64,000 nucleotides of DNA from Nitrospira japonica (lineage in GTDB: Bacteria > Nitrospirota > Thermodesulfovibrionia > Thermodesulfovibrionales > SM23-35). Where the stretch lies: the NCBI GenBank assembly GCA_020725385.1, contig DYFC01000034.1, positions 8,339-72,338 on the forward strand, given 5' to 3'. Positions 63,771 through 64,000 of this stretch are shown here, piece after piece. The number at the start of each line of letters is the position of its first letter. Within the stretch, counting starts at the first letter, position 1. The position numbers and the translations under genes are program-made. The notes under the pieces are model-generated. The model worked only from the letters and a program-made list of their open reading frames with translations, had not been told where the DNA came from and did not search any database.

Positions 63771-64000
63771 TAATACCTCCTTCTTAGTAATTACTAAATT
63801 GCTAAGCTTAAACAAAGAATTTGCTATGTTTCACAATAAAATCTTAAATCAATACAGGTAAAATGTGCCAACCGTAGAAACTATTTTCAAAATATTTTTG
63901 GTATTACCTAAATTATAATAGTTTGATTTTATTAATTCCAGCAAAATGTTGCAGAGCTTTTTAATATTTTAATAAATCCGATAGACGCGCAAATTCTTCG

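Overview
AT-rich chromosomal segment from a diderm, probably anaerobic bacterium. The lineage cannot be assigned from sequence alone. TGA is a normal stop codon here. About 60 genes are mostly housekeeping. They include truB, a pilMNOPQ type IV pilus operon, a ybhGFSR-like ABC exporter, lemA-DUF2207, pbpC, nfnAB, an 11-gene nuo operon (A,B,C,D,H-N, with no nuoEFG), and an efp-accB-accC-thiE-pfkA string. There is also a fadL/acyl-activating enzyme pair, rpoD, two tRNAs and two type II toxin-antitoxin pairs (hicAB, RHH/PIN). No rRNA, CRISPR array, transposase or integrase gene was recognised.

Four things stand out.
1. nuoB carries an in-frame UGA exactly at the first Cys of the conserved tandem-Cys motif that ligates Fe-S cluster N2. 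A second gene in the window, a DsrE-like protein split by the ORF caller, has an in-frame UGA at a CxxC position followed by a textbook SECIS-like hairpin. Selenocysteine decoding in this organism is therefore likely.
2. nuoD carries an internal insertion of about 94 aa encoding a 2x[4Fe-4S] ferredoxin domain, and nuoL carries a His-rich insert.
3. Two interspersed repeat families are present. One is a roughly 30-bp GTCATTC-hairpin-GAATCCAG unit with compensatory stem changes and nested copies. The other is a composite G5/C5-pentamer module containing 36-bp and 35-bp tandem units. Together they form seven clusters.
4. One repeat cluster embeds a DUF559 endonuclease gene and supplies its RBS, C-terminal tail and stop codon. 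These repeat modules partition an accessory-looking island (about 7.8-16 kb) of surface and secreted protein genes.

All functional calls come from motif recognition by eye, because no searches could be run. Coordinates that I derived myself, rather than took from the ORF track, may be off by 1-2 nt.
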